DNA of 64,000 nucleotides from Syntrophorhabdaceae bacterium (GCA_963665295.1 OY762209.1:5344001-5408000); one strand, 5' to 3'. Shown: positions 42,018-52,118, counted from the first letter of the stretch. Numbers and translations: made by a program. The notes: generated by a model not told the origin, from the sequence alone.

Positions 42018-42785
42018 TTATGCAAGGGTATAGCACTTCTCGTTTACATCATACCTGACCAGTCCGTGTCGTGAAGAGGTGTTCATGTGCCGTGATACCT
42101 CGGAGGGGGTCAGGCCCAGCTTTTCTGCCATCATGCCTGTGGAGAGGGGTTTCTCCTTGAGGAGCAGGAGAATCTCGCTCATGGCAAGCTTATCGAGGAC
42201 CAGGGTATTGAAGAGCTTGCCGAACTCGTCGCTCGAAAAGAACTGCTGGTATGCTTCTTTCGATTTGACGGGCAGCCTCAGCCTCTCCCTTTCCACCAGC
42301 CTGAGATACGGCACCAGGCTCGATACTGCGTCGAGTTTGGCCTTGAGGGCCGCCTTGTCCAATCCCTCGCTTTTGCCGAGGGGTCCTAAGTCTTTTATCT
42401 GCTTGCCGAACTCGTTCATGGTCTCGGCAAAAAGGATGCCTTCGCCGCCCGACATGAACTCGATCTTCAGCCTGTCGGGATTGAGGCCTATGTGTTTCAT
42501 GAGCCTCTTGCCCAGGTAGGCCATGCTCAGTGCATGGAAATTCCCGTGGGTGATGTAGTTGCACTCGTTAAGATGGCACCCGACGATGAATACCCCGTCC
42601 GCCCCTTTCGAGAAGGCCCGTACTACGTAGGACAGATCGAGTCTGCCCGTGCACATGACGCGGATAAGTCGTATATCAGTGTTATATTGTAGTCTGGAAA
42701 CTCCAGCCAGGTCAGCCGCCCCGTAGCCTCACCAGTGACAGACAAAGCCTATTATTTTCGGTTTGAATTTCAGCGCTGCACTCAT
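42018..42785 (-). CDS. bamF: MvhD-like selenoprotein (BamF), Sec at codon 19, C-terminal wHTH-like extension
   Basis: Read from ATG 42785 (GGAGGT RBS): MSAALKFKPKIIGFVCHW-TGA(42729-42731)-GYGAADLAG...RVMCTGR, in frame with ORF 42018..42656. Confidence 0.9.
42690..42709 (-). promoter_or_regulatory. SECIS-like hairpin in bamF
   Basis: CTGGA-GTT-TCCAG stem-loop starting 22 nt after the UGA. Confidence 0.6.
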
Positions 42786-42815
42786 TAGTTCCCACCTCCC
42801 TTGATAAAATTCCTG

Positions 42816-45800
42816 CTACGCATCTCCCACCGCCTCGTCCTCCGGGAGGGCCGCATCGATCTGGCTTATGATCTCCTCGTCGGTAAAGTGTTTCAGTGAA
42901 ATGGCCTCTGTTCCGCACACGGTGTTGCAGAGACCGTCTCCCTTGCAGAGCACGGGGTTGACCCTCGCCTTTCTGCCGTCCGGTGTGTCATAGAAATCTA
43001 TGGCGCCGTACTCGCACACGGTGATGCATGCGCCGCACGAGATGCACTTGTTCTCATCCACCTCACATATGGAGCCCGAGGCGGTGACGATGTCGCGGGA
43101 GAGGAGCGTTAAGGCCCGGCCCGCGGCGCCGTAGGACTGGTTGATCGTCTCCTGGATGAACTTCGGGTAGTGGGCGATGCCGCAGAGGTAGACACCGTCC
43201 GTGCCGAATTCGACGGGCCGCAATTTTACGTGGGCTTCCTTGAACCAGTCGTCGGGTCCCAAAGAGACCTTGAACTGGAGGGAGATGTCCTTGTTCCCCG
43301 CGGAGGGGACGATGGCCGCGGCGAGGGCGAGCACATCGGCGTCGAGTTCGAGTTCCTTGCCCAGGATATAATCGACGGCAGTGACTTTGAGCACGGGACG
43401 TCCGTCCTCGGCCTCACCGGGCTCCACCCGGGGCGGGGCTTCCGGCTCGTAGCGGATGAACCTCACGTCCTTGTTTGCCGCTTCCCGGTAATAGTCTTCC
43501 CTGAACCCGTAGGTCCTCATATCCCTGAAGAGGACGTAAATGTCCATGGCGGGATTGAGCGCCTTCAGGCTGAGGGCGTTCTTCACGGACTGGCTGCAGC
43601 AGATCCTCGCGCAGTAGTTCCTGTCCTCGTTCCTGCAGCCCACGCACTGGATCATGACCAGGCTCTGGGCCTTGGTTACCTTCTCATCGGCGGCGGTGAT
43701 CTTCTCTTCCAGCTCGAGGCCGGTCATTACCCGCTCGTCTTCACCGTAGAGGTACTCGGTGGGCTTGTATTCATCGGCGCCTGTCGCGATGACCGCGGCG
43801 CCGTGCTTTATCTCGGTTATTCCCCTGTCGGACTTTATCTTCGTCACGAAGTTACCCACGTAACCCGTGCCTTCCAGGATCACGGCGTTCGTATATACGT
43901 GGATCAGGGGGTTCTTGAATACCTTGTCCATGGTCTCGCGGAGGAAGGCCTGGACATCGAGTCCTTCCAGGGTGGTGCTGATCCTTCTCGCGATACCGCC
44001 TAATTCCTTTTCTCTCTCCAGGAGGTAGACCTCGTGGCCCTGGTCCGCGATGGAGAGGGAACATGTCATGCCCGCGATGCCTCCGCCTACTACCAGGGCG
44101 GTCTTGTTGACGGGCAGGTCGATCTCTTGTAAGGGCGCCAGATGGCGGGCCCGCGCCACGGACATGCGGATAATGTCCTTGGCCTTTTCCGTGGCTTCTT
44201 CCTTTTCACGGGCGTGCACCCAGGAGCAGTGCTCCCTGATGTTTGCCATGTCGTAGTAGTACTGGTTGATCCCCGCCTCGCGGAGGGTGTCCCTGAACAG
44301 GGGTTCGAGGGTCCTGGGCGAGCAGGCGGCAACGATCACGCGGTTGAGTCCCTTCTCTTTGGTCACGTCCGTGATCTCTCGCGCGGAGTTGGTGGCGCAG
44401 GAGAATATCTGCTGCTGGGCGTGGACCACGTTGGGGAGGCTCAAGGCGTATTCCACCGCCGAGGGAACGCTTACGATCCTGCTGATGTTGGCGCCGCAGT
44501 GACATACGAAGACGCCGATCCTCGGCTCTTCCTGGGAGACGTCTCTCTCGGGAGGATAGATCCTCTCTTTGGCGAGGTCGCCTCTGCGGTAGTCAAGGAG
44601 CGCGCCTACCTGGGAACCGGCGCCGCTTGCGGAGAATACCGACTCGGGTATATCCACGGGACCCTGGAAACCGCCGCTTACAAAGATGCCGGGCCTGCTC
44701 GTCTCCATGGGGTTCACGGGATTGATCTTGCAGAATTCATGGTCGTTGAGCTCGATGCCGAACTTCTCCGCCAGGCCCTTCACATCCTTGGGAGGATTGA
44801 GGCCCACGGAGAGGACGACCATCTCGAACTCTTCTTCCTTTACCCCGTCATCGGGGGTGGAGTACCGTATGCTTACGTTCTTCGTGACAGGGTCTTCCTT
44901 CCCTATGGACACGTAGCTTCTGAAGAAGCGCACGCCGGGAAGTTTGTCCGTTCTCTCGAAGAAGCGCTCGAAGTCCTTGCCGTAGGAACGGACGTCATTA
45001 TGGAAAATGGTGCACTCCGCACCTGCGTCATGCTCCTTGGTGAGGATCACCTGTTTCTGCGTGTAGGTACAGCAGACAGCCGAACAATAGCTGTTGCCGC
45101 CCTCGATTACCTGACGGGAACCGACGCACTGAATCCAGGCAATCTTGTGGGGGTGCTTCTTGTCGGAAGCACGGAGTATCTCGCCCTGGTAGGGGCCCGT
45201 GGCGGACAGAAGACGCTCGAAGTCCATGCTCGTGACCACGTTCTCGAACTTCCCGTATCCGTAGTCTTCACGGAGCTTGGGATCGAAGGGCTCAAGACCG
45301 GAGGAGAGAATGATGGCGCCTACGTTGATGTCCACCTTCTCCGCCGTCTGGTTGAAATCTATGGCGTCGTTCTTACATACCGCCTCGCAGATGCGGCACT
45401 TTTTCTCCTTGAGGTAAAGACAGCTCTCATCTATATACGTGATAAGGGGAATCGCCTGGGCGAAATAAACGTGAACCGCCTTGTTCTTGGATATATCCTG
45501 GTTGAACTGATCAGGGTATTTGACGGGGCAGTACTCCACACAGACCGTACAACCCGTGCACTTGTCCTCCCGGATGTACCGGGGCTTCCTGTTCAGTGTT
45601 ACGTTAAAGTTACCTTCCTCGCCAATGACGTTCTCTACATCAGTGTACGTCAGTACTTCTATATTCGGATGCCGGCCGACCTCGACCAGTTTAGGTGCGA
45701 GTATTCACATCGAGCAGTCGTTGGTCGGAAAGGTCTTGTCAAGCTGAGCCATGTGGCCGCCGATGGACGGCGACTTCTCAACAAGGTAGACCTTGAAACC

Positions 45801-45935
45801 CGCAGTGCCGAGATCGAGGGCGGCCTGAATACCGCTGATCCCGCCACCGACTACCAGGACATCTCCGAAATTACTCTCCTCGAAGCTCTTGCACAGAATA
45901 TCGACTTGTTCTTTTTCAGAAAATTGTTTTTCCAC
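42816..45935 (-). CDS. bamE: HdrA-like flavin/Fe-S selenoprotein (BamE), 1039 aa
   Basis: ORFs 45705..45935 and 42816..45539 share a frame and are joined through [15 protein letters not shown](45705-45707)[15 protein letters not shown] with no other stop; two GGGIxG FAD motifs, QCVGSR/YCSAVCC. Confidence 0.92.
45672..45689 (-). promoter_or_regulatory. SECIS-like hairpin in bamE
   Basis: CUGGUCG-AGGU-CGGCCGG stem-loop 15 nt after the UGA, G-containing loop. Confidence 0.65.
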
Positions 45936-46005
45936 TTTCTACCACCTCATCAGGTTTTATATACCCGTACTAACCGGGTTATCGGCCCCGTTCGCCGTAC
46001 TTAAC

Positions 46006-46818
46006 TTAATCGATGGAGCAGCCCAGGCGCTCCGGGTGGGAATATACCGTCATCCGGCCCCCCCTCGCGCGGCCCACCAGGGCAATTCCCAGCTCGCGGG
46101 CGAGGAGTGCAGCCGTTCCCGTAGGCGAGTGCCGGGAAACAACAACCGGGACCTGCATCCTTGCCGCTTTGAGCAACATTTCCGACGAAACCCTGCCTGT
46201 GGTCAGGAGCAGCCGATCCTTCGTCGGTATCCTTTCCATCAGGCATTCACCCTGTATCTTGTCTACCGTGTTGTGCCGTCCGATATCCTCGCAGACTGCG
46301 ATAAGCTCCTTCGTATCCGCCAACGCCGAGGTGTGTATCCCCGTGCTGAAACGATCTTCTTCTATCCGTGCCTGGAGTTGTTTGAACACCCCCAGTATTT
46401 CCACCGGATCAGCGACGAAACGCGACTCCACCTTCTTCCCCTCGCTGCTGAAACTTGCGCCGCCTCCGCAGCCCGAGGTGAGCCTCCGTTTCGTGGGCAA
46501 CACAAACTCGGGTTTGGTCAGCCTCACATCGACCTCAAATTCATCGTCACACACACGCATCATCAACACGTCGTCTAAACCCGATATAATCCCCTCTGCA
46601 TAGAGGAACCCCAGGACCAGGAAATTTACCTTGGAAGGGGTGCACAGGATGGTGACCAATTCCTGGAGATTGACATAAATCCTTACTTCCCTCTCCATAG
46701 GCACCTGGGCCGTCGTCGCCGTCCATTCGCCGTCCGAAAAACGGTCGCATGCCAGCTCCGCTGCAACGCCCTTTATCTCCCATACGCCGGTTCCATCTTG
46801 CATCGTTCCCTGATTCAT
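46006..46818 (-). CDS. fdhD: FdhD-family sulfur carrier protein
   Basis: TSGCG, EDIGRHNTVDK, TGRVSSEMLLK. Confidence 0.92.
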   Translation of the reverse strand: MNQGTMQDGTGVWEIKGVAAELACDRFSDGEWTATTAQVPMEREVRIYVNLQELVTILCTPSKVNFLVLGFLYAEGIISGLDDVLMMRVCDDEFEVDVRLTKPEFVLPTKRRLTSGCGGGASFSSEGKKVESRFVADPVEILGVFKQLQARIEEDRFSTGIHTSALADTKELIAVCEDIGRHNTVDKIQGECLMERIPTKDRLLLTTGRVSSEMLLKAARMQVPVVVSRHSPTGTAALLARELGIALVGRARGGRMTVYSHPERLGCSID

Positions 46819-46824
46819 CCCCTA

Positions 46825-47976
46825 CTAAATGACTTCCGCGAGAATCTCCGTAATATCCTTGACCTCTATGGCCTCACCGTAACCCATGACCAGTCTGCTG
46901 TCTTCAAGGGCGGTGATGCAATAGGGACACGCGGTGGCCAGTACGTCGGCCTTGAGCCCCACGGCCTGATCGAGCCTCAGGTTCGAGAACCGGTCGTCCT
47001 TCAGTGTTTCCATCCAGACCCTGCCTCCACCCATACCGCAGCAGAGACTCTCTTCCCGTATCTCGGGCAACTCGACAAACTCCAGTCCGGGTATCTTCTT
47101 AAGGACGTCCCGGGGCTCATCATATATACCATTGTGGCGGCCCAGGTAGCAAGGATCATGGTAGGTTATCCTCTTCGCATATTCCTTGTCGATCTCGAGC
47201 CTTCCCTCGTTAATGAGCTCAAAGAGAAACTGGGAGATGTGGACCACCTCGAAGTTGACCTTGAACTGGGCATACTCGTTTTTGAATGTATGATAACAAT
47301 GGGGGGAGGACACAAGGATCTTCTTCACCCCGTTATCGATGAAAGTCTTGATGTTTTCCTTGGCAAGGCGTTTGAAGAGATCCTCGTTGCCGGTCTTCCG
47401 GATGCTCTCTCCGCAGCAGCTTTCCTTCTCGCCGAGTATCCCGAAATCCACCCCTGCCTTGTTGAGGATACGGACCGTGGCCTGAGCCACCTTCTTCAAC
47501 CTCGGGTCATAACTGCAGTAGCAGTCCGGGAAATAGAGAATCTCCATGCCTTCTTTAAAGGCCTTTACATTGAGGCCCTCTGCCCACTCCGCCCTTTTTG
47601 ACCGGTCTTCGCCGAAGGGGTTGCCCTGGGCGGCAAGGCCGGACGCTACGGCGCGCACGGGTTTTACATGGGCGGGGAACACGCCGTATCCCGTGGCCAT
47701 TCTCCTCAACGCTACCATGTTGTCTATCTGCTTCACGTCCCTCGGGCACCGCTGGGGGCACTTTCCGCAGGTCGTGCAGCGCCAGATCTCCTCGCGCTCT
47801 ATCTCACTCAACCCGAATGTAGCCTCTCGGATCAGCTTGCGCATGCTAAAGGTTCTTACCCTGTTCCAGGGACAGACGGTGTCGCACTTTCCGCATTGGT
47901 AGCAGAATTTTACGGCCTCTCCACCCTTTTCCTTTACCTCATCTATTACCTCTTTGAAGGGGGCTACAGTTTCCAC
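46825..47976 (-). CDS. bamD: HdrD-like (Fe-S, CCG domain) protein (BamD)
   Basis: CYQCGKC, CTTCGKC, ESCCG, YHDPCYLGR, CCGMGGG, TACPYC. Confidence 0.9.
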   Translation of the reverse strand: METVAPFKEVIDEVKEKGGEAVKFCYQCGKCDTVCPWNRVRTFSMRKLIREATFGLSEIEREEIWRCTTCGKCPQRCPRDVKQIDNMVALRRMATGYGVFPAHVKPVRAVASGLAAQGNPFGEDRSKRAEWAEGLNVKAFKEGMEILYFPDCYCSYDPRLKKVAQATVRILNKAGVDFGILGEKESCCGESIRKTGNEDLFKRLAKENIKTFIDNGVKKILVSSPHCYHTFKNEYAQFKVNFEVVHISQFLFELINEGRLEIDKEYAKRITYHDPCYLGRHNGIYDEPRDVLKKIPGLEFVELPEIREESLCCGMGGGRVWMETLKDDRFSNLRLDQAVGLKADVLATACPYCITALEDSRLVMGYGEAIEVKDITEILAEVI

Positions 47977-48010
47977 GTTATTTATCCTCTTCTTTTGCCT
48001 TTAATAGTTT

Positions 48011-48550
48011 TTATTCCTTCTTCGTCATCCGGGCAACGGTATCGATTACCTTATCCATTCCGTACTTGTTCACCATCGATTCCAGGCCCGCCTGCACGTC
48101 TTCCATCTTCACGTCTTCTTCTACCTCTTCTTCCCTTTCTTCGTAGATCAGGGCGTCATTGAGGCACCACTGTACACACAGGGGTTTCTCCTGAGCAGGA
48201 TCATCCTCACACATGTCGCACTTGACGGGAAGACCTGAATCGGGTTCCTTGAAGGCGTCCCTGGACGGACACGCGGCTCTGCAAAAGGCGCACTCATCGT
48301 ATTCCTTGCCGTCAATGATGTACTGGTCCCTGCCCATGCACTCGGCAGGCGTATACTCGCCCGCATACACGGGAAGGTACACGTCTCTGATAGGCTCGCG
48401 GATCATGCGGATACGGGACCTCGCCGGGTTGTTGCTGCTGTATTTCGGCGCTGCGTGAAAGGCGGAGCATATTACCTCACATGCCCGGCAACCATTGCAC
48501 TTGTCGAGGTCGATCTTGATTGTCTTGATTTTCTTCATTACTTTACTCAT
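48011..48550 (-). CDS. bamC: Ferredoxin-like subunit of class II benzoyl-CoA reductase (BamC)
   Basis: CNGCRACEVIC, CAFCRAAC, KCDMC...CVQWC; overlaps the bamB stop. Confidence 0.92.
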   Translation of the reverse strand: MSKVMKKIKTIKIDLDKCNGCRACEVICSAFHAAPKYSSNNPARSRIRMIREPIRDVYLPVYAGEYTPAECMGRDQYIIDGKEYDECAFCRAACPSRDAFKEPDSGLPVKCDMCEDDPAQEKPLCVQWCLNDALIYEEREEEVEEDVKMEDVQAGLESMVNKYGMDKVIDTVARMTKKE

Positions 48551-50504
48551 CTTTGATAATCCCTCTCTGTTCTAAGTCTTCGGCAACGTAGGCCAGATCC
48601 AATTCCTGCAAAGACTGTTTTGTAGGAATACCCTCGTTATCCCATCCCTTAAATTTGTAGTACGCGTCCAGAAGCTGCTCTTCAAGCTCGGGGAATCTCT
48701 TCTTCCAGTGGTCTTCCGGCGGCTTCTCGTCCGCTCTCCGCAGGCCCCTTCTCACGTTGATGGCCCTGAGCAGCGTACGGTTTCTCTTGTATATTTCCGC
48801 CAACTTCTTTTCATCCATATCGATCCCGGCTCCTGCCGAGATGAATTCCGGGTAATTGTGAATATGATAGGGTGGTTTCAACGGGAATGAGGACAGGCCG
48901 GCGCACACCCCGAGGGCGTCGTCAACGTAGTGCATCATCTCCTGCCAGTCAACGATGTCAACGGACATGTCAACAGTGGGGTAATACGGGTTCGACCGCT
49001 CCCCTCTCATTTCCCAGTCCATCAGGTACTGTTTGAACTTGTCGTCGGGACACTGGATCCAATCCTTGCAGAAGTCTTCCCTCTCCTCGATGGTGGGGAA
49101 GGGCGACTGCGGGAACTGTCCTTCGATCTGGGTGATATTTATCTTCTCACCGGTGGAATACATGAGGAAATAGATGGGATTCAGCATTCCGAGTTTGAGA
49201 GGTAACTGCTCATGTTTTTTGATGTTGTTGTGGGCGAACTTTTCCGCGCCGTTGCCGATCTGCTGGGCCGCCCAATGGGTGCCGTTGGCCAGTACGTCGC
49301 CGATGCCTTCACGGCGCACGATCCTGTCAAGGAGCCAGTAGAACTTGCCTTCGTTATCGGACGGACATCCCGCGAAATCGTCTTCGCTCAAGATGCCCGC
49401 TTCGAGAAGCTCGAAGCCGAAGGCCATGGTCTGGGGTGTCGAGAATCCGTCCACTCCGTACTCGGTGGCCCGCTGGGCAATCCTGAAACCGAAATCGAGG
49501 TCCGAGAAAGCCGCCATTGTATAAGTAAGTTTGGAGAAGCATTTCATCATGTACGTCGAAATGCCCGGAAGGGAAATTATTGCGCCGCACTTCATGGGGC
49601 AGTTGTAACAGCTGATCAGCCTTGTCCGCGCGTTTAACTGGGTCTCCTTCCACTTCTCTTCCACGTCCTTCGTCCAGAAATCCTTCCTCCTGGTACGGGA
49701 GTTTCCCCACATAAAATTCTGCGTGTGCCATGCCTCGTCGATGTGTTTCATCTCCTGGGGTGAGCCGAGGCCCGCCAGGATGGGCATTACACCAGGCACC
49801 GGTTTCTCTTCCCGGGCCTTTATGTAGTGCAGGACATCGGTACAGAGTTTTATGTATTCATCAGGTCGGGCAAGGTTAACATCTTTGGTTCCGCGAACCG
49901 CTATTGCCTTTATCCCCTTGTCTCCCATGACGGCCCCTATTCCGAGCCGGCTGGCGCTTGACCTGCCCTGCTCTATGGAAGCCATGTAGACCCTGTTCTC
50001 ACCGGCCAGACCGATGGCGGCCACCTGGGCATTCGGCTCCTTCAGTTCTTTCCGGATAAGCTCCTGAGTCTCGACCGCGCCTTTGCCATGGAGATGGGAA
50101 GCGTCGCGTATCTCGACCTTGTCGTTGTTTATCCAGACGTAAATGAGCTTTGGAGACTTACCGCGGAAGATTACCTTGTCGTAGCCGGCGTACTTTAACT
50201 CCGGCGCCCAGAATCCCCCCATCATTGAATAGCCCATTAAAAGGGTCTGAGGAGAATACGTTGTGACAATGGTGCGGTTGGCACCGGGAGCAGGTGTACC
50301 GCACAGGAGACCGGTGCTGAATATTAGTAGATTATCAGGAGAAAAGGGATCCGTTTCCGGAGGGACCCTATCCCATAATATCTTACAGTTGGTACCCAAG
50401 CCTCCGAGATACTGCTCCGTTAGTTTCGGGTCGGTTTCTACCCTCTCGACGTTTCCTGTGGTTAAATCGATTTCTAAGTTATACCCTGTTTCTGCGTACC
50501 TCAT
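48543..50504 (-). CDS. bamB: Tungsten-containing catalytic subunit of class II benzoyl-CoA reductase (AOR family)
   Basis: 653 aa starting MRYAETGY; counted residues E251, H260, C322 and E461 match the recalled Geobacter metallireducens BamB active-site numbering; bamC-I context. Confidence 0.95.
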   Translation of the reverse strand: MRYAETGYNLEIDLTTGNVERVETDPKLTEQYLGGLGTNCKILWDRVPPETDPFSPDNLLIFSTGLLCGTPAPGANRTIVTTYSPQTLLMGYSMMGGFWAPELKYAGYDKVIFRGKSPKLIYVWINNDKVEIRDASHLHGKGAVETQELIRKELKEPNAQVAAIGLAGENRVYMASIEQGRSSASRLGIGAVMGDKGIKAIAVRGTKDVNLARPDEYIKLCTDVLHYIKAREEKPVPGVMPILAGLGSPQEMKHIDEAWHTQNFMWGNSRTRRKDFWTKDVEEKWKETQLNARTRLISCYNCPMKCGAIISLPGISTYMMKCFSKLTYTMAAFSDLDFGFRIAQRATEYGVDGFSTPQTMAFGFELLEAGILSEDDFAGCPSDNEGKFYWLLDRIVRREGIGDVLANGTHWAAQQIGNGAEKFAHNNIKKHEQLPLKLGMLNPIYFLMYSTGEKINITQIEGQFPQSPFPTIEEREDFCKDWIQCPDDKFKQYLMDWEMRGERSNPYYPTVDMSVDIVDWQEMMHYVDDALGVCAGLSSFPLKPPYHIHNYPEFISAGAGIDMDEKKLAEIYKRNRTLLRAINVRRGLRRADEKPPEDHWKKRFPELEEQLLDAYYKFKGWDNEGIPTKQSLQELDLAYVAEDLEQRGIIKDE

Positions 50505-50578
50505 TTTTAGCCCCTCAAGTAGGTATCTCCGCAGCTACAGCCTTCAGCTGCGCAGTGTTAATGTTTGTTGCCACCTTA

Positions 50579-50622
50579 TTGTGAATGTATTCACTATATC
50601 TTAAGCAAATAAAGTTTGTCAA
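50579..50622 (-). promoter_or_regulatory. bam promoter copy 1 with overlapping Rex-type operator
   Basis: TTGACA-N18-TATAGT on minus strand; TTGTGAATGTATTCACTA at 50579-50596. Confidence 0.75.
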
Positions 50623-50757
50623 GGGGAAAAAACCTTCCAAAAAACTTTTTTCCGCCTTGGCCCCTTGGATGCGCAACCCCGGGATATTAAGGCGCCTCTC
50701 GACAGCAGGTCCTCTCTTCTTTCCGGAATCCATCGCGCGATCCCGCCCTCTTTGATA

Positions 50758-50801
50758 TTGTGAATATATTCACTATATCTTAGCCAAATAAAGTTTGTCA
50801 A
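50758..50801 (-). promoter_or_regulatory. bam promoter copy 2 with overlapping Rex-type operator
   Basis: Near-identical direct repeat 179 nt from copy 1; TTGTGAATATATTCACTA at 50758-50775. Confidence 0.75.
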
Positions 50802-50899
50802 GGAGAAAAGGGAGATGGGAGAATGGTCATAGGCTGTGGTCCTTTCGAATAGGAGGTTCATCACGTAATTCATACTTGCCGACTATACTAAGTGTATAC

Positions 50900-50929
50900 A
50901 TTATATGCCGTATATCTAAGGTTTGTCAA
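50900..50929 (-). promoter_or_regulatory. bam promoter 3 (consensus sigma70 hexamers)
   Basis: TTGACA-N18-TATAAT on minus strand; adjacent TGTATACA palindrome. Confidence 0.7.
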
Positions 50930-51013
50930 GGAACCACGCGGTAATTAACCCTATTTAACAAGTAAAGTACACGGAGCGCTGCTAAGGTGGTCCGCCTTGC
51001 GTGCGGGTCACCT

Positions 51014-51997
51014 TCAGGGGGACGGGGGCGTGTTCTCCCGGAAGTCTATGATAACCTTGAGAGCATCTTTTGCGAGGGCCGCTGCAAAGGCTGCTTCCGC
51101 CTTTGCGAAGGGGAAGACAGCGGTGACCAGGGGCAGCACGTCGATGACGCCCTCGGAAAGGGCCCTCAACGCGGGCTCAAAGGGGCCGCAGCGAGACCCG
51201 GCGACAGTGACCTCGTCCACCACCACCGGGGTAAGGTCTATCACCTTCCGGTCGGCAACGGTGCTCTTCAGAACGATCGTTCCCCTCGGCTTGACGAGCT
51301 TCAGGGCCGTTTCAATGCCTCCGGCCGTGCCCGTTGCCTCCACGATGAGGTCATACGCCCTTTCTTCACCCAACTCTCCGGGGACAACGGAGTCTATCCC
51401 CCTGGTCCGGGCAATTTCCAGTTTCCCCTCGTGCTTGCCCACGATGGTCACCCGGGCCCCTGTCACCTTGAGTACAAAGGCCGAGAGCAGACCCAGTTTC
51501 CCGTCGCCCATGACAAGGACCCTGTGGGTGGGCCTCACGTGTATCCTGTCGGTAATCTCGAAGGCCGCAGCGAGGGGTTCGGTGAAGACCGCTTCCTCAT
51601 CGGAAAGGCCGGCAGGGACTTCAAGAAGATTGTCTTCAGGAAGGGTGATGTATTCGGCGAAGACCCCGTCCCTCTTCGCGATTCCCAGGGTGGTCCTGTG
51701 GGGGCAATGTGTCTTCATGCCCTGCAGGCAGTAGGAACATACACCGCAGGCGCAGTTGATCTCTCCCACCACCCGTTTGCCGATGAGGTCCGGACGTGCG
51801 CCTCCCGTCTTTTCCACGACCCCCACGAACTCATGGCCGGGGATACCCGTAAACCCCATGTATCCTTTCATTATTTCCATGTCGGTGTTGCAGATGCCCG
51901 CCACGAGTACCCTGATCAGGGCCTCCCCTTCCCCGGGCGTCGGAACGGGGTAATCTCCGGTGAGCCGCAGGCTTCCTTTCCATACGACTGCTTTCAT
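51014..51997 (-). CDS. Zinc-dependent alcohol dehydrogenase family protein
   Basis: GICNTD, GHEFVG, CGVCSYC...C, GDGKLG. Confidence 0.93.
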   Translation of the reverse strand: MKAVVWKGSLRLTGDYPVPTPGEGEALIRVLVAGICNTDMEIMKGYMGFTGIPGHEFVGVVEKTGGARPDLIGKRVVGEINCACGVCSYCLQGMKTHCPHRTTLGIAKRDGVFAEYITLPEDNLLEVPAGLSDEEAVFTEPLAAAFEITDRIHVRPTHRVLVMGDGKLGLLSAFVLKVTGARVTIVGKHEGKLEIARTRGIDSVVPGELGEERAYDLIVEATGTAGGIETALKLVKPRGTIVLKSTVADRKVIDLTPVVVDEVTVAGSRCGPFEPALRALSEGVIDVLPLVTAVFPFAKAEAAFAAALAKDALKVIIDFRENTPPSP

Positions 51998-52118
51998 TAA
52001 GGCATCTCCCGTGGTTTTCCGGAACTGCGGCGCAGGGTCTCCGGATAGTTTTGAAGGTCATGGAGAAAATATTCCCTTATACCCGTAGCGACATCTTGAC
52101 CGCTCCGGGACGGGGGTT

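Noticed and set aside
42816..45935. bamE as a pseudogene or two genes
   Set aside because: A single in-frame TGA at a conserved Cys position with a downstream hairpin; selenocysteine explains it better
50515..50873. Two short minus-strand ORFs sharing LTNFIxLRYSEYIHN
   Set aside because: The shared peptide is just the translated promoter/operator duplication in AT-rich regulatory DNA
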